This document shows, piece by piece, positions 1 through 10,498 of a DNA stretch of 64,000 nucleotides. The first letter of the stretch is position 1. Each line of letters begins with the position of its first letter. A program made the translations under genes and the position numbers. The stretch comes from an uncultured Clostridia bacterium (lineage in GTDB: Bacteria; Bacillota; Clostridia; Christensenellales; UBA1242), in the NCBI GenBank assembly GCA_934777435.1, contig CAKVNK010000002.1:195889-259888 (forward strand). Reading direction: 5' to 3'. A model generated the notes under the pieces. It was not told the DNA's origin and searched no databases. It saw only the letters and a list, made by a program, of their open reading frames with translations.

Positions 1-107
1 AATAAAAAATAATTTAAAAAATTTACAAAATTTAGTTGTAAACTGGACGTCAAGTTTGATACAATCAAAGTGGAGATACACAATCTCAACAATTTAGGGG
101 GGAAAAT

Positions 108-1343
108 ATGACAAAAAGAAAATCATTTATTAGTTTTTTGATTACTTGTTGTTTAATGCTTTCATCTTTGTTTGTGTTTACTGCTTGTGGAGAAGATGAA
201 CCACATAAACATGAATTTTCAAGTGCGTGGTCATCAAACGCTTTGTACCACTGGCATGCATCAACATGTGGACACTCTGATGAAGTATCTGATAAAGCAA
301 GGCATGATGCTGGTAGCTGGCGTACAGATGATAACCAACACTGGCTTGTTTGCTCAACTTGTGGATATGAACTTTCAGAAAGAGAAAATCACACTTATGA
401 AAACTTTGTTTGTGAGTGCGGTAAAACAAGTGAAGACGCAGCAGTTAGATTAATCACACAAAATGGTCAAATTGAATACTTTGGTGGCTTAACACAAGAA
501 GTAATCAATGCGGCAGAAGAAGATTCAAATTTCTTATTGCTTAAAGATTTAACAATCACAAAAGCACTTTCAGTTGATAAAAATATCAGTATTGATTTTA
601 ACGGCCACACAGTTACTGCTTACAATGAAACAGATAATCAAAAATTGATGGCTGGCGGGTTTGATATTGCTTACAATACTCCTGGTGCAAGATTGTCACT
701 TTACAATGGCACACTTATCACTCAAAAATGGGGTGCTTGGATTCAAAACGGTGGCTACTTGCTTGTTGGTAAAGACTTTACTATTCATGCAAACACTGCA
801 TTGTTAACAAATGCAAACGCTGTTACAGTTGTTGAACAAGGTTCTCAAGTTGATATTGAAGGTACTGTTGAAGTTGAAGGCGATACATTTTGTGTTTCAG
901 GCAATGGTAGCGTTGGTAAAGGTGGTATAACAATCAACGTTAATGATGGTGCTAGAGTTATTGGTGGCACAGCAGGTATCTATATGCCAAATGAAGGCTT
1001 CTTAAATATTGGTGCTGCAACAGTTTCTGGTCAAACAGCAGTTTATATTAAAGCCGGCGTTACAAACATTAATGGTGCAACATTGATTGCAAATGGTGAA
1101 CAAGCAGAATATGTTTGCAGAACAAATGGTGCAAACTCTACAGGTGATGCGATCGTTCTTGACTCTATGGGTTACCCAGGTGGTCAACCACCAAAACTTA
1201 CAATAGTATCAGCAGAAATCACAAGTGAAAATGGTGTTGCTATTGCAATTTACAAAGTAAATGATAACGAATATGAATTCTCAAATGAAACAAGCTATGA
1301 ACCAAAAATCGAAGTATTGGTAAATGTAACACCAGTAAAATAA
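108..1343 (+). CDS. Secreted lipoprotein with Cys/His-rich N-terminal module and Gly-rich beta-helix-like region
   Basis: G-rich RBS upstream of ATG. N-terminus MTKRKSFISFLITCCLMLSSLFVFTAC carries a lipobox. Repeated G/N-rich strands (GGITINVNDGARVIGGTAGIY) resemble a parallel beta-helix. A terminator follows. Confidence 0.6.
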   Translation: MTKRKSFISFLITCCLMLSSLFVFTACGEDEPHKHEFSSAWSSNALYHWHASTCGHSDEVSDKARHDAGSWRTDDNQHWLVCSTCGYELSERENHTYENFVCECGKTSEDAAVRLITQNGQIEYFGGLTQEVINAAEEDSNFLLLKDLTITKALSVDKNISIDFNGHTVTAYNETDNQKLMAGGFDIAYNTPGARLSLYNGTLITQKWGAWIQNGGYLLVGKDFTIHANTALLTNANAVTVVEQGSQVDIEGTVEVEGDTFCVSGNGSVGKGGITINVNDGARVIGGTAGIYMPNEGFLNIGAATVSGQTAVYIKAGVTNINGATLIANGEQAEYVCRTNGANSTGDAIVLDSMGYPGGQPPKLTIVSAEITSENGVAIAIYKVNDNEYEFSNETSYEPKIEVLVNVTPVK

Positions 1344-1379
1344 TAAATGGTTAAAACATAAGTTTTGTTTAATAAAAAA

Positions 1380-1408
1380 GCAGGTGAATTAAGCCTGCTT
1401 TTTTTTGT
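1380..1408 (+). terminator. Rho-independent terminator
   Basis: Stem gcagg/cctgc followed by a T-run directly after the lipoprotein stop. Confidence 0.7.
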
Positions 1409-1481
1409 GTTTAATTGGCGGTGTTGATAAATAAAACATTAATTATTTGGCTAAATTGTTTAAATATGTTAAAATAAAAAT

Positions 1482-1946
1482 ATGGAAAATAAAAAGCAAC
1501 AAACACGCCTTGCTGCCGAAAACAGACGCGCAAGGTTTGAATATGACATTTTAGAGAGTTTTGAAGCAGGCATTGTGCTTACAGGTGATGAAATTAAATC
1601 TGTGCGTGCTGGTCATCTTTCTATTGTTGATTGTTATGGGTATATTAAAGATAACGAGTGTTTTTTACGCAACAGTTATATAAAAGAATATGACAACAGT
1701 TTTTCTGCTGGAAGATTAGGGGATAACACCCGCCGAGATAGAAAATTACTTTTGCATAAAATTGAATTGGAAAAAATTAAAAAACGTATTGAGCAAGAAC
1801 ATCTAACACTTGTTCCAACAAAGGCATATTTTTCTGGCAGTAATTTAAAAATCGAATTGGCTGTGGCACGTGGTAAAAAGGTTGCAGATAAGCGAGAGAC
1901 ACTTAAAAAACGCCAAATGGAAAGAGATTTACGTAGGGTAGAATAG
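1482..1946 (+). CDS. smpB: SsrA-binding protein SmpB
   Basis: 154 aa. N-terminal ENRRARFEY, the central body and the basic C-terminal tail (KKRETLKKRQMERDLRR) are typical of SmpB. A tmRNA gene lies 3.3 kb away. Confidence 0.95.
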   Translation: MENKKQQTRLAAENRRARFEYDILESFEAGIVLTGDEIKSVRAGHLSIVDCYGYIKDNECFLRNSYIKEYDNSFSAGRLGDNTRRDRKLLLHKIELEKIKKRIEQEHLTLVPTKAYFSGSNLKIELAVARGKKVADKRETLKKRQMERDLRRVE

Positions 1947-1954
1947 GTTTATAT

Positions 1955-2737
1955 ATGGAAGAAACAAAAAGAATCAAGCGAATTTTAAACTCTAATATGA
2001 TAAAAATGATTGCCATAATCGCAATGACGGTGGACCATATTGCTTGGGCTGTTTTCGAAGGGTATGCTACACACCCAGTGGCAATTATTATGCACATCAT
2101 TGGCAGATTAACTTGCCCTATTATGTGCTATTGCATTGCAGAAGGATACCATTATACAAGAGATGTAAAAAAATACACAAACCGCCTGTTTTTGTTTGCT
2201 TTGATTTCGCATGTACCTTATATGTTGCAATCAATGTCTTTTAAACAATATGGTTGGTTAGCACTTGTGCCTTTTGCAACTGGTGAAGGCTTTTGGGGGC
2301 ATGTTCTTAATCAAACAAGTGTGATGTGGTCACTTGCTATTGGGCTTGTTATGTTGAGAGTTGCCAACAGTGAAAAAATAAAAAAGCAATTTAAACCTGT
2401 TGTTATCATTTTGCTGTGTTTGTTGGCTTTTCCTGCTGATTGGAGTTGCGTTGCGTCATTATTTATCCTTTCAATAGGAACAAATCGTGGCAAACCAGTT
2501 AAACAAATTTTATGGTGCTTGCTTTATGCTGTAATGTATGCCATGGTCTACTTCTTTGCACTTTCAAAGGTTTATGGGCTTATCCAACTTGGCGTTGTGT
2601 TGGCTATACCTGTTATTGCACTTTACAATGGTGAACGTGGCAAAAATGTGGCAGTTAACAAATTTATGAAATGGCTTTACTATATTTATTATCCATTGCA
2701 TTTGCTGGTTATTTGGTTAATTAGCACATTTTGTTAA
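1955..2737 (+). CDS. TraX-family integral membrane protein
   Basis: Polytopic membrane protein with the N-terminal motif IKMIAIIAMTVDHIAW typical of the TraX family. Confidence 0.75.
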   Translation: MEETKRIKRILNSNMIKMIAIIAMTVDHIAWAVFEGYATHPVAIIMHIIGRLTCPIMCYCIAEGYHYTRDVKKYTNRLFLFALISHVPYMLQSMSFKQYGWLALVPFATGEGFWGHVLNQTSVMWSLAIGLVMLRVANSEKIKKQFKPVVIILLCLLAFPADWSCVASLFILSIGTNRGKPVKQILWCLLYAVMYAMVYFFALSKVYGLIQLGVVLAIPVIALYNGERGKNVAVNKFMKWLYYIYYPLHLLVIWLISTFC

Positions 2738-2795
2738 CTGATTTAATCAATAATGGCGTTGGATATATAAAAGTATTAATGATAAAAAAATAAAA

Positions 2796-2822
2796 ACTCA
2801 GTGTTGTGCTGAGTTTTTTTGT
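2796..2822 (+). terminator. Rho-independent terminator
   Basis: Stem actcag/ctgagt followed by a T-run. Confidence 0.7.
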
Positions 2823-2922
2823 TTTTTTGCTTATATTCTTTTGTTTTTTAGTTTGAAATTTATTGTGATGTTTAACGGATAAATGTGTTGTTATTTTTTG
2901 TTATTTAAATATCAACAACAAT

Positions 2923-3564
2923 TTATTCTTCGTCATCTGCATCTTCTTCATCAAGGCCATATTTACGTTTGATTTTTTGACTATATTGCCTTACGTGAAC
3001 TTTTGCGTTTAGCAGACGATAAAGCCTTATCAGTTGTCTTTTCGTGCTAGTTCTATCGTAAAGCAAAATTTCAAAACCGTCCCATAAAAACAACCAACCG
3101 ATAACTGCTATAATTGTGTCTAAATACATATTAACAAAAAATGTGTAAATCAATGCTTCAATAAACAATAATAACAAACCTATTAAAGAAAATGATATTG
3201 CTTTAATATTTTGACGTTTATATTTCTTTTCCACATGTATAATTTCTTCAGCATAATGCCTTTTTACCGTGCGTCTGATACGTCTTTTATCTTCTTGTGT
3301 GGTTGGTGTTTCAGTGTAAATATCAACTGTGACTTGCTTGTCAATCGGAATATTGGATTCATACATTTCAATGTAATCTTTTACTGTTGGGTTCATAAAC
3401 TCATAGGTTAAATATGAATATGGGCTGTAAAAATCGTCTGCTTCCTTCAAGCCAACAGTGATTTGCACTGAACCATCTTTATTATAGTCAAAATCTTGTG
3501 CTTCTTTGATGGCACTATTCTTTTTCAAACTCTTTAAGATTTTTCTGCTATTATGTGTGGGCAT
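2923..3564 (-). CDS. Hypothetical membrane protein (2 TM segments, acidic C-terminus)
   Basis: AGGAG RBS upstream of ATG. Two hydrophobic segments (AISFSLIGLLLLFIEALIYTFFV, IIAVIGWLFLWDGF). C-terminal DEEDADDEE. No family recognised. Confidence 0.5.
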   Translation of the reverse strand: MPTHNSRKILKSLKKNSAIKEAQDFDYNKDGSVQITVGLKEADDFYSPYSYLTYEFMNPTVKDYIEMYESNIPIDKQVTVDIYTETPTTQEDKRRIRRTVKRHYAEEIIHVEKKYKRQNIKAISFSLIGLLLLFIEALIYTFFVNMYLDTIIAVIGWLFLWDGFEILLYDRTSTKRQLIRLYRLLNAKVHVRQYSQKIKRKYGLDEEDADDEE

Positions 3565-3785
3565 AATTCTCCTTTTGCTTTTATATTATATGTTTTTATT
3601 GTTTTTGTGTCAAATTATTTACCCAAAAAGCCACACACTTAAAATAGATTAATTTTGTGTTCGGTTCTTGTATAGAGTTGTGTAAGTAATTGTTGTTCTG
3701 ATGTTTTTTCTTTTGCACTATTGAATTATTATAGTTGAGTTATCAAAGTATTAACATATTTTACTGCTTGAAACTAAATGTAAAA

Positions 3786-4859
3786 TTAGTCTTGTTGCAA
3801 GTCAGAATCTAATTGTTGTTCTGCCATATCAAATTGTTCAATAAACTCTTTGCTTAAAACATCTTTATAGGCAACAAATTCATGTGTTTTTGCTTTTGGA
3901 AAAATCAAATTTTTAAATTCAAAATTGCCTGCACCAAATTTTTGCATGAAGTCAGTAAAACTTAATGGCATTGGGGTGGTGTCTTTCTTCAAACAGTAAA
4001 TCAAGCCTTGCAAAATTTTGTTCATTTCTTGGCTTCGTTTCAATTCTTCCATATTTGTAAACTGGCTTTTTAACAGGGTGAGTTCATGAATATAAAATGA
4101 ATAATCTTGATTGAAGAAGTTGCGGTCTGATAACGCACTGATATATTCAATAAAGTGGTTATAATCTTCCAAAGTTTTAACTTCGTCCAAGCGTGATTTG
4201 ATGTAATAAATATAAGTTGGCACTTTTTCAGAATTATAGATGTTTTTTGAAATATTGATTTCAGCAACACCGTTTGAACGTGCTTTATCTGTGGATACAC
4301 TGCGATATACTAAATCACGTGTGTTATAAGTTAAAAAGTGCATGCCATAATAAGCAGATTCTGCAAAACTTTGTGCGTCACTAGAAGGGCGGTAACATTG
4401 AGATTGAAGGTCTAACACAGATTTTAATGGTTGAGGCAATTTTCTGCCACTTCTGCCAACATAAATGTTTGTGTAACTTTCAGCCAACTTTTCAATTTCG
4501 TTCAAAGTGTCTTGTTCGGCTTGTTCAGTGTTGTTTGGTTTACGCCTTACACCAAACGTGTTGATAAAATGCAATGCATCGATGTTTGCCTGTGAAATAG
4601 GATAGCCCGCTTTGTGCTTTAAAATGCCAGTTGATTCAATAAAACAAATGTTTGTAAAGTAAGGGATAATTTGCCCACGCTCAATATACTTTATAATACG
4701 CATGCAAAAGCCAAACTCATTGATTGCTGGGTGCATGTTTGGGTTAATATCCGTCCTTTCAATAAAGCCTGTGCCTTCGTGTTTCAATTTCCACAAGTTG
4801 GCAAGGGACAAGGTCATATCTGCGTCAAGAGCAATGTAAACAGGTGTATTATTTTTCAT
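3786..4859 (-). CDS. Hypothetical protein, possible PIN-like nuclease fold at N-terminus
   Basis: Start moved to ATG at 4859 (MKNNTPVYIALDADM), which overlaps the upstream small-ORF stop as ATGA. The motifs YIALDAD and later FLTYNTRD resemble the first and last acidic motifs of PIN domains. This assignment is weak. Confidence 0.5.
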   Translation of the reverse strand: MKNNTPVYIALDADMTLSLANLWKLKHEGTGFIERTDINPNMHPAINEFGFCMRIIKYIERGQIIPYFTNICFIESTGILKHKAGYPISQANIDALHFINTFGVRRKPNNTEQAEQDTLNEIEKLAESYTNIYVGRSGRKLPQPLKSVLDLQSQCYRPSSDAQSFAESAYYGMHFLTYNTRDLVYRSVSTDKARSNGVAEINISKNIYNSEKVPTYIYYIKSRLDEVKTLEDYNHFIEYISALSDRNFFNQDYSFYIHELTLLKSQFTNMEELKRSQEMNKILQGLIYCLKKDTTPMPLSFTDFMQKFGAGNFEFKNLIFPKAKTHEFVAYKDVLSKEFIEQFDMAEQQLDSDLQQD

Positions 4860-5007
4860 TTTTGCCTGCCTTTTTGTTGAACTTAAAACAAGTGGCAACC
4901 ATTGCGTCAATTTCGGCTGTTGTTTTGCCCTGAATATCCTTTTTGTTTTCTTCAACAATTTTGTTGATTTCTGTTTTTGTTAAAATTGGGAACTGATTAT
5001 TTTTCAT
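4849..5007 (-). CDS. Small hypothetical protein (52 aa), translationally coupled to the downstream gene
   Basis: AGGA RBS upstream of ATG at 5007 (MKNNQFPILTKTEINK...). Its stop overlaps the next start. Confidence 0.45.
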   Translation of the reverse strand: MKNNQFPILTKTEINKIVEENKKDIQGKTTAEIDAMVATCFKFNKKAGKNEK

Positions 5008-5210
5008 ATTATTCCTTTTATAAAAATTATTATAGCAAATATATGTTAAACTTGCAAGAGAGTAAACGAAAAGTGTTTTGATACTACTGCTCAAAACTGA
5101 AGATATAAAAAAATACCCCGCATATAATTTTGATTAAATTTGGGGCGTTTTTTGTTAACAGTAAACCATATTTATTAATGCTAAAAAACAAATTGGCTTG
5201 TTATTAAATC

Positions 5211-5564
5211 TGGTGGAGATGACGGGATTTGCACCCGTGTCCTGCAATACACTAAAATCATACACTACACGCTTAGTTGATGACTGTTTTTCAAAATTTG
5301 TTCCTTTCACCAACACAAACAAATTTCAAGCCTAAAAGTACGGTTATATGTCCTAGGCAAAACATACAATCGTTCTCCGATAACTGACGTCAGATTTTAA
5401 CATATCGGAACTGTTAAACTGACGGCTACGCATTAAGCAGCGTAAGCAAGTTTATTGTTGTTTTGATTTATTTAATCTTGTTCAATAACAAGGTCGTGTT
5501 TTACAAGTCGACACTTGACGTGCGTATCAAATCAGAGCATAACAGTCGAAACTATTTCACCCCC
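5211..5564 (-). ncRNA. ssrA: tmRNA (transfer-messenger RNA)
   Basis: Minus-strand 5' end GGGGGUGAAAUAGUUUCGAC pairs with the 3' end ...CAUCUCCACCA, including the G3:U pair. T-arm is GGGUGCAAAUCCCGU. Internal tag frame ends ...NQNNNKLAYAA-TAA. Confidence 0.9.
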
Positions 5565-5867
5565 ATACACTTACATTATATCATATTTTGAATTTATTTC
5601 AATATCTATTTTAAAAAATTAATTTAATCAAAATAAATTTATTTTAAAAATATTTGTAAAATAATAAAAAATTAACTAAAAAATTAATAAAAATACACAA
5701 GAAATAATAATTTATAATATTTATTAATTTAAAATATTTTTCTTTATTTTTTGATATGACAATTTTAAATAATACAAAACAATTTTAAAAAGCATCAAAA
5801 TAAATTTTGATATTTTTTGCGTGTTTGTTAAAATTGTAAGTGAAATAAAGTTTTAAAGAAGGGAAAT

Positions 5868-6884
5868 ATGAAAAATAGTAAAACTCAAATTGTGGCAACA
5901 ATAGGTCCAACTAGCATCAATTATGCTACTATGAAAAAAATGGTGCAGGCAGGCATGGATATTGTGCGAATTAATCTTTCTCATGCAGTTATGCCAGACA
6001 TGGAGCAAATTGTTGAAAATGTTAAACAACTTAAAAAGGAAACAGGAATTAAACTTAGCCTTATGCTTGATACTCGTGGGCCAGAAATTAGGGTTAAAAC
6101 TTTTGAACAAGGCAGGGTTGAAATCAAAAAAGGTCAACAATTTATTTTCACCGCAAAAAGTGTTGTTGGTAATACTGAAATGGTTGCTATCAATCAACCA
6201 AGCATTATTAAGAATATTGAAATAGGCAACAAAATTTTGGCAAATGACGGTTTGTTGGAATTTAAAGTGGTTGAAAAACAAGATAAAGATGTTGTCACCG
6301 TTGCAAAAAATTCTGGCATTTTAAGCAATAACAAAAGTTTGTTTGTACCAAACCTTAAACTGAACATAAAATACTTAAACGATAAAGATAAAGAAGATAT
6401 TTTATGGGCTGTTAAAAATAAGTTTGATATGGTTGCAATTAGTTTTGTAAACAGTAAAAAAGATGTTCAATTAGTTAGAAAACTTTTAAAAGCTAACAAC
6501 AGCAATATGAAAATAATTTCTAAAATCGAATCTGCTTTGGGGGTTAAAAACCTTAACGAAATTATTGAAGCAAGTGATGGTATTATGGTTGCACGTGGCG
6601 ACCTTGGTGTTGAATTGCCAATGGAAAGTTTGCCACATATTCAAAAAGACATAATTGCCAAAACTGTGCGCAAGGGTAAGTTTGTGATTGTTGCAACTGA
6701 AATGCTTGAAAGCATGATACACAATAAACGTCCAACTCGTGCAGAAGTTAGTGATGTTGCTAATGCTTTATATGATGGCACAAATGCAGTTATGTTGTCT
6801 GGCGAATCTGCTTCTGGAGAACACCCAGTTGAAGCAGTTAAAATGATGGATAAAATAATCAAAGAAACTGAAAAGTATATTTAG
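5868..6884 (+). CDS. pyk: Pyruvate kinase, short form lacking the C-terminal allosteric domain
   Basis: [37 protein letters not shown] and MLSGESA motifs are present. The ORF ends at 338 aa, right after the A domain. Confidence 0.85.
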   Translation: MKNSKTQIVATIGPTSINYATMKKMVQAGMDIVRINLSHAVMPDMEQIVENVKQLKKETGIKLSLMLDTRGPEIRVKTFEQGRVEIKKGQQFIFTAKSVVGNTEMVAINQPSIIKNIEIGNKILANDGLLEFKVVEKQDKDVVTVAKNSGILSNNKSLFVPNLKLNIKYLNDKDKEDILWAVKNKFDMVAISFVNSKKDVQLVRKLLKANNSNMKIISKIESALGVKNLNEIIEASDGIMVARGDLGVELPMESLPHIQKDIIAKTVRKGKFVIVATEMLESMIHNKRPTRAEVSDVANALYDGTNAVMLSGESASGEHPVEAVKMMDKIIKETEKYI

Positions 6885-7007
6885 GGGTTATTTGCTATAT
6901 ATGGTTAGATTGGTGGTTGTTTTTTAGTAGGCTTGATTAAATTAAAAACCACACAAAATATAATCAAATTATATTCAATTATTTTAAGCTTGTACATATA
7001 TTAAAGT

Positions 7008-7781
7008 ATGGACAAGGCAAAGAATAAAACCACACAAAACACGCACACAAAGGGTAAGACTATTCTTCGTGGGCTTGTTTTTTTTGTTTGTCTTGCAGTG
7101 CTAATAGGTGTTGTTGTATGGGTGCTTAAAAGCACTGGTGTTTGGGATAAAGTTAACTCGGTTGCAAAACTTAGGCAGATAGTGGAAAAAGGCGGAGCAT
7201 TTAGTGCTGTTGTGTTTATGTTGTTACAGTTTTTGCAAACCACAGTGCTTCAAATTCCTGCCATTTTTGTCACTATGACTGGCGTGCTGATATTTGCAAA
7301 ATGGAAGGCGTTTTTGCTTTCTTTTATTGCTATTATGTTGGGTAGCCTTTTCAACTTTTGGCTGGGGCGAAAAGCAGGTAGAAAATTCTTGCACTGGATA
7401 GCCGGCGAACAGGTAACCGAAAAGTGGATAAACATTATAAGCGAAGGTAAATATGTGTTCTTTCTTATGATGTTGTTTCCTATGTTTCCTGACGATATTT
7501 TATGTGTGGTGGCGGGGCTTACAAATATGAGTTTTGCCTTCTTCTTTTGGAGCAATATAATATGCCGTTCAATAGGTATTGGTTGTACTGTTTTATTCGG
7601 TAGTGGAAGTATAATTCCTTTTTCTGGTTGGGGTTGGGCTGTCTGGATTTTGATTGCAATATGCTTGGCAACATTGTTTTATATGAGTGTTAAATATCAA
7701 TATAAGATTGATGAGTGGTTGCAAAAATTAGCAAAAAAATTTAAAAATAAATCAAAAAAGCATAAAAATATTGAAAAATAA
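7008..7781 (+). CDS. TVP38/TMEM64 (DedA/SNARE-associated) family membrane protein
   Basis: Polytopic membrane protein with the motif FPMFPDDILCVVAGLT typical of this family. Confidence 0.75.
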   Translation: MDKAKNKTTQNTHTKGKTILRGLVFFVCLAVLIGVVVWVLKSTGVWDKVNSVAKLRQIVEKGGAFSAVVFMLLQFLQTTVLQIPAIFVTMTGVLIFAKWKAFLLSFIAIMLGSLFNFWLGRKAGRKFLHWIAGEQVTEKWINIISEGKYVFFLMMLFPMFPDDILCVVAGLTNMSFAFFFWSNIICRSIGIGCTVLFGSGSIIPFSGWGWAVWILIAICLATLFYMSVKYQYKIDEWLQKLAKKFKNKSKKHKNIEK

Positions 7782-7947
7782 TATAAAATCACACTTTTTA
7801 TATATTTTATTTCAAATTTTATTTAATCATTTTGTTGCTTATGGCTTTAATAACGAAACAAAATTTAAGAATATGTGTGGAATAAATAAGTTATTTAATT
7901 GTTTAAAATATTTGTTTGCGTGTTAATTAATGTGTTAATATAAAAAT

Positions 7948-8733
7948 ATGAAAACAAAAGAAGAAACAAAAAAATATTTATATTCAGTTGTGATTGATTT
8001 TGTAAAAGCAATACCAGCCGGCTTTTTTATTGCTCTTGCTGGGCTAGCATATTTATGCTGTGAATCGAAGGTTGTTGGAGCGTTGTTTTTTACTGTTGGG
8101 TTGTTCTGTATTTTGGTTTTTAATTTAAACCTTTTTACTGGCAAAATTTGTTATGCTTTCACTGCGAAGCCAAAGTATGTTTTTAATCTTTTTGCAATTT
8201 GGTGTGGCAACTTTGTTGGTGCTTCTGGCACTGGTTTATTTATAAGATTGATAAGGCTTAGCAGTTTGATTGAAAAATGCACTAGCATTGCAAACGCAAA
8301 GTTAAATGATGGTTTGTTTAGTGTGTTTATTTTGGCAATACTTTGCAACATTTTGATATTTATTTCTGTGCATGGTTTTAACAATTTTAAATCTGATTTG
8401 GTGCGTGTTATTGCGTTGTTTTTTGGTGTTAGTGTGTTTGTGCTTTGTGGGTTTGAACACTGCGTTGCAAATATGTTTTATTTTACCTTTGCTGGAGTGT
8501 GGAGTGCAAAGGCGTTTGGTTATTTATTAATAATGACATTAGGCAACATCATTGGTGGCATTGGTGCATATTTTGCACTTGTGGCTTGGCAAAAAAGTAA
8601 AGTGACAAAACAGCAAAATTTAGATGCTGAAAATAAAACAGAAATCAAACTGTGTGAAACAAAAGAAAGTGTGCAAATGATTAGCAGAGCAGACAGTGAT
8701 AATGATGTGGATAATAACACCAAACAAGTGTAA
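7948..8733 (+). CDS. Formate/nitrite transporter (FNT) family protein
   Basis: Six-TM protein with GFEHCVANMFY and LGNIIGG motifs characteristic of FocA/NirC-type channels. Confidence 0.85.
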   Translation: MKTKEETKKYLYSVVIDFVKAIPAGFFIALAGLAYLCCESKVVGALFFTVGLFCILVFNLNLFTGKICYAFTAKPKYVFNLFAIWCGNFVGASGTGLFIRLIRLSSLIEKCTSIANAKLNDGLFSVFILAILCNILIFISVHGFNNFKSDLVRVIALFFGVSVFVLCGFEHCVANMFYFTFAGVWSAKAFGYLLIMTLGNIIGGIGAYFALVAWQKSKVTKQQNLDAENKTEIKLCETKESVQMISRADSDNDVDNNTKQV

Positions 8734-8843
8734 AATTTTTAAAAAATATTTGACAATATGTTAAGTTTTAATATATTATTAAATTAATAAATAAAATTGT
8801 TTGTTTGGCAAGATTATTATTTGCCAAAAATAAAGGAGAGAAT

Positions 8844-9959
8844 ATGGGTTTGTTTAAAAAACAATTTTTATCAGTTATTGAGTGGAAAGATTCAAGTGCG
8901 GACGTGATTGTCTACCGCTATCCTATGGAGGCAGGTGCTGAAATTATGAACAGTTCAACTTTGGTTGTTAGAGAAAGCCAAGTTGCAATCTTTGTTCACA
9001 AAGGTCAAATTGCTGACGTGTTTGGTGCTGGCACTTACAAACTTTCAACTGAAAACATACCTTTCTTAACAAAGATGTTAAGTTTGCCAACCTTGGGTAA
9101 CAGCAGAATTAAGGCAGAAGTTTACTTTATCAATACAAAACGTTTCATGGGCTTAAAGTGGGGCACACAAAACCCAATTATGATGCGTGACGTTGATTTT
9201 GGTAATATTCGTTTGCGTGGTTTTGGTACTTTCTCTATTCAAGTTAATGACCCTGAAAAATTTATGAGAGAATGCTTTGGCACAAGCCCAATCTATCGTG
9301 TTGGCGATGTTGCAACGCAATACAAATCTTCACTTATTCAACTTCTTACAGATGTTATTGCTGAAAGCAAAATTTCAGCACTTGATTTGGCTGCTAAATA
9401 CAAAGAACTTGGCAAAGCCGTTGAACAACACGCAAAAGAAGAATTTGCACCTTTGGGTTTAAAAGTTTCTAACTTCGTTATTGAAAACTTGTCATTGCCT
9501 GAAGATGTTGAAAAGATGCTTGATGAACGCACAAAAATGGGCGTTATCAGCGACAAAATGGGCACATACACACAATTCAAAGCAGCAAATGCTATTGAAG
9601 AATCTGCAAAAAATCCAGCAGGTGCGGGTTTGGCAGGTATGGGCGTTGGTCTTGGTGCTGGCGTGCAAATGGGTAACGTGTTTGGCGAAGCGATTGCTGG
9701 TGCAAAAGATAGCAAACGTCAAGTTACTGTGCAATGTGTGAAATGTGGCGCTTCAATCCCTGGCAAATCAAAATTCTGTCCAGAGTGTGGTGCAACACAA
9801 GCATTGTCTTGCCCAAAATGTGGCGAGCCAATCACAAAAGGTAGCAAATTTTGTGTTAACTGTGGTGCTAAATTAGATACCGCAAAAGTATGCCCAAAAT
9901 GTGGTAAAGCACTTTCAGCAAAAGCAAAATTCTGTCCAGATTGTGGTGAAAAGGTTTAG
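8844..9959 (+). CDS. SPFH/band-7 domain protein with C-terminal multi-zinc-ribbon tail
   Basis: Start set at ATG 8844 (AGGAGAG RBS). The N-terminal body resembles COG4260-type SPFH proteins. The C-terminus has five CxxCG...CPxCG zinc-ribbon repeats. Confidence 0.75.
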   Translation: MGLFKKQFLSVIEWKDSSADVIVYRYPMEAGAEIMNSSTLVVRESQVAIFVHKGQIADVFGAGTYKLSTENIPFLTKMLSLPTLGNSRIKAEVYFINTKRFMGLKWGTQNPIMMRDVDFGNIRLRGFGTFSIQVNDPEKFMRECFGTSPIYRVGDVATQYKSSLIQLLTDVIAESKISALDLAAKYKELGKAVEQHAKEEFAPLGLKVSNFVIENLSLPEDVEKMLDERTKMGVISDKMGTYTQFKAANAIEESAKNPAGAGLAGMGVGLGAGVQMGNVFGEAIAGAKDSKRQVTVQCVKCGASIPGKSKFCPECGATQALSCPKCGEPITKGSKFCVNCGAKLDTAKVCPKCGKALSAKAKFCPDCGEKV

Positions 9960-9967
9960 GTGAGTTT

Positions 9968-10405
9968 ATGTGTTTTAGATATAAAGAAAAACGTTATGGC
10001 AAATCTACATTGATTTTAGTTTCATTGTTGGTTATTGCTTTGGCAGTTGGTGCTGGCGTTGGCGGTGCATTTGCTGTTATTAAAATGTCACATTGGTCAA
10101 AATACGTGATTGTTGCAGTATGCGGTATTGTGGCTTTCTGTTTGCTTATGCTTGGCATCTCAATGTTTGTTGTAAGTTGCGGTATGTCAGGGTATAGGAA
10201 AAGTGTGCGTGACATAGGCTATGCAAAAGGCGTTGACGCTGACCGTTTATGTGACAAATGTGGCAAATTGCTTAGTAAAGATGATGAATTCTGCACACAC
10301 TGTGGTGCAAAACAAACAGGTAACGAAAAACGTGTATGTCCACTTTGCAAAGGCAAAAGTGCATCAGAGGCAGAGTTCTGTGCTCACTGCGGTCACAAGT
10401 TTTAA
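9968..10405 (+). CDS. Membrane protein with two C-terminal zinc ribbons
   Basis: Two TM helices, then CDKCG...CTHCG and CPLC...CAHCG. Confidence 0.6.
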   Translation: MCFRYKEKRYGKSTLILVSLLVIALAVGAGVGGAFAVIKMSHWSKYVIVAVCGIVAFCLLMLGISMFVVSCGMSGYRKSVRDIGYAKGVDADRLCDKCGKLLSKDDEFCTHCGAKQTGNEKRVCPLCKGKSASEAEFCAHCGHKF

Positions 10406-10467
10406 TTGTTTATGTTTAAATGAAATTTTGAGCTATATGATTTATATTTAAAGAAAGATAGATAAAA

Positions 10468-10498
10468 ACAGACGTATTTATGGCGTCTGTTTTTTTTT
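10468..10498 (+). terminator. Rho-independent terminator
   Basis: Stem acagacg/cgtctgt followed by T9. Confidence 0.75.

Noticed and set aside
172-453. Overlapping 83-93-aa ORFs in alternative frames of the first lipoprotein gene
   Set aside because: They are nested in a longer ORF with a clear signal peptide and RBS. They have no independent support.
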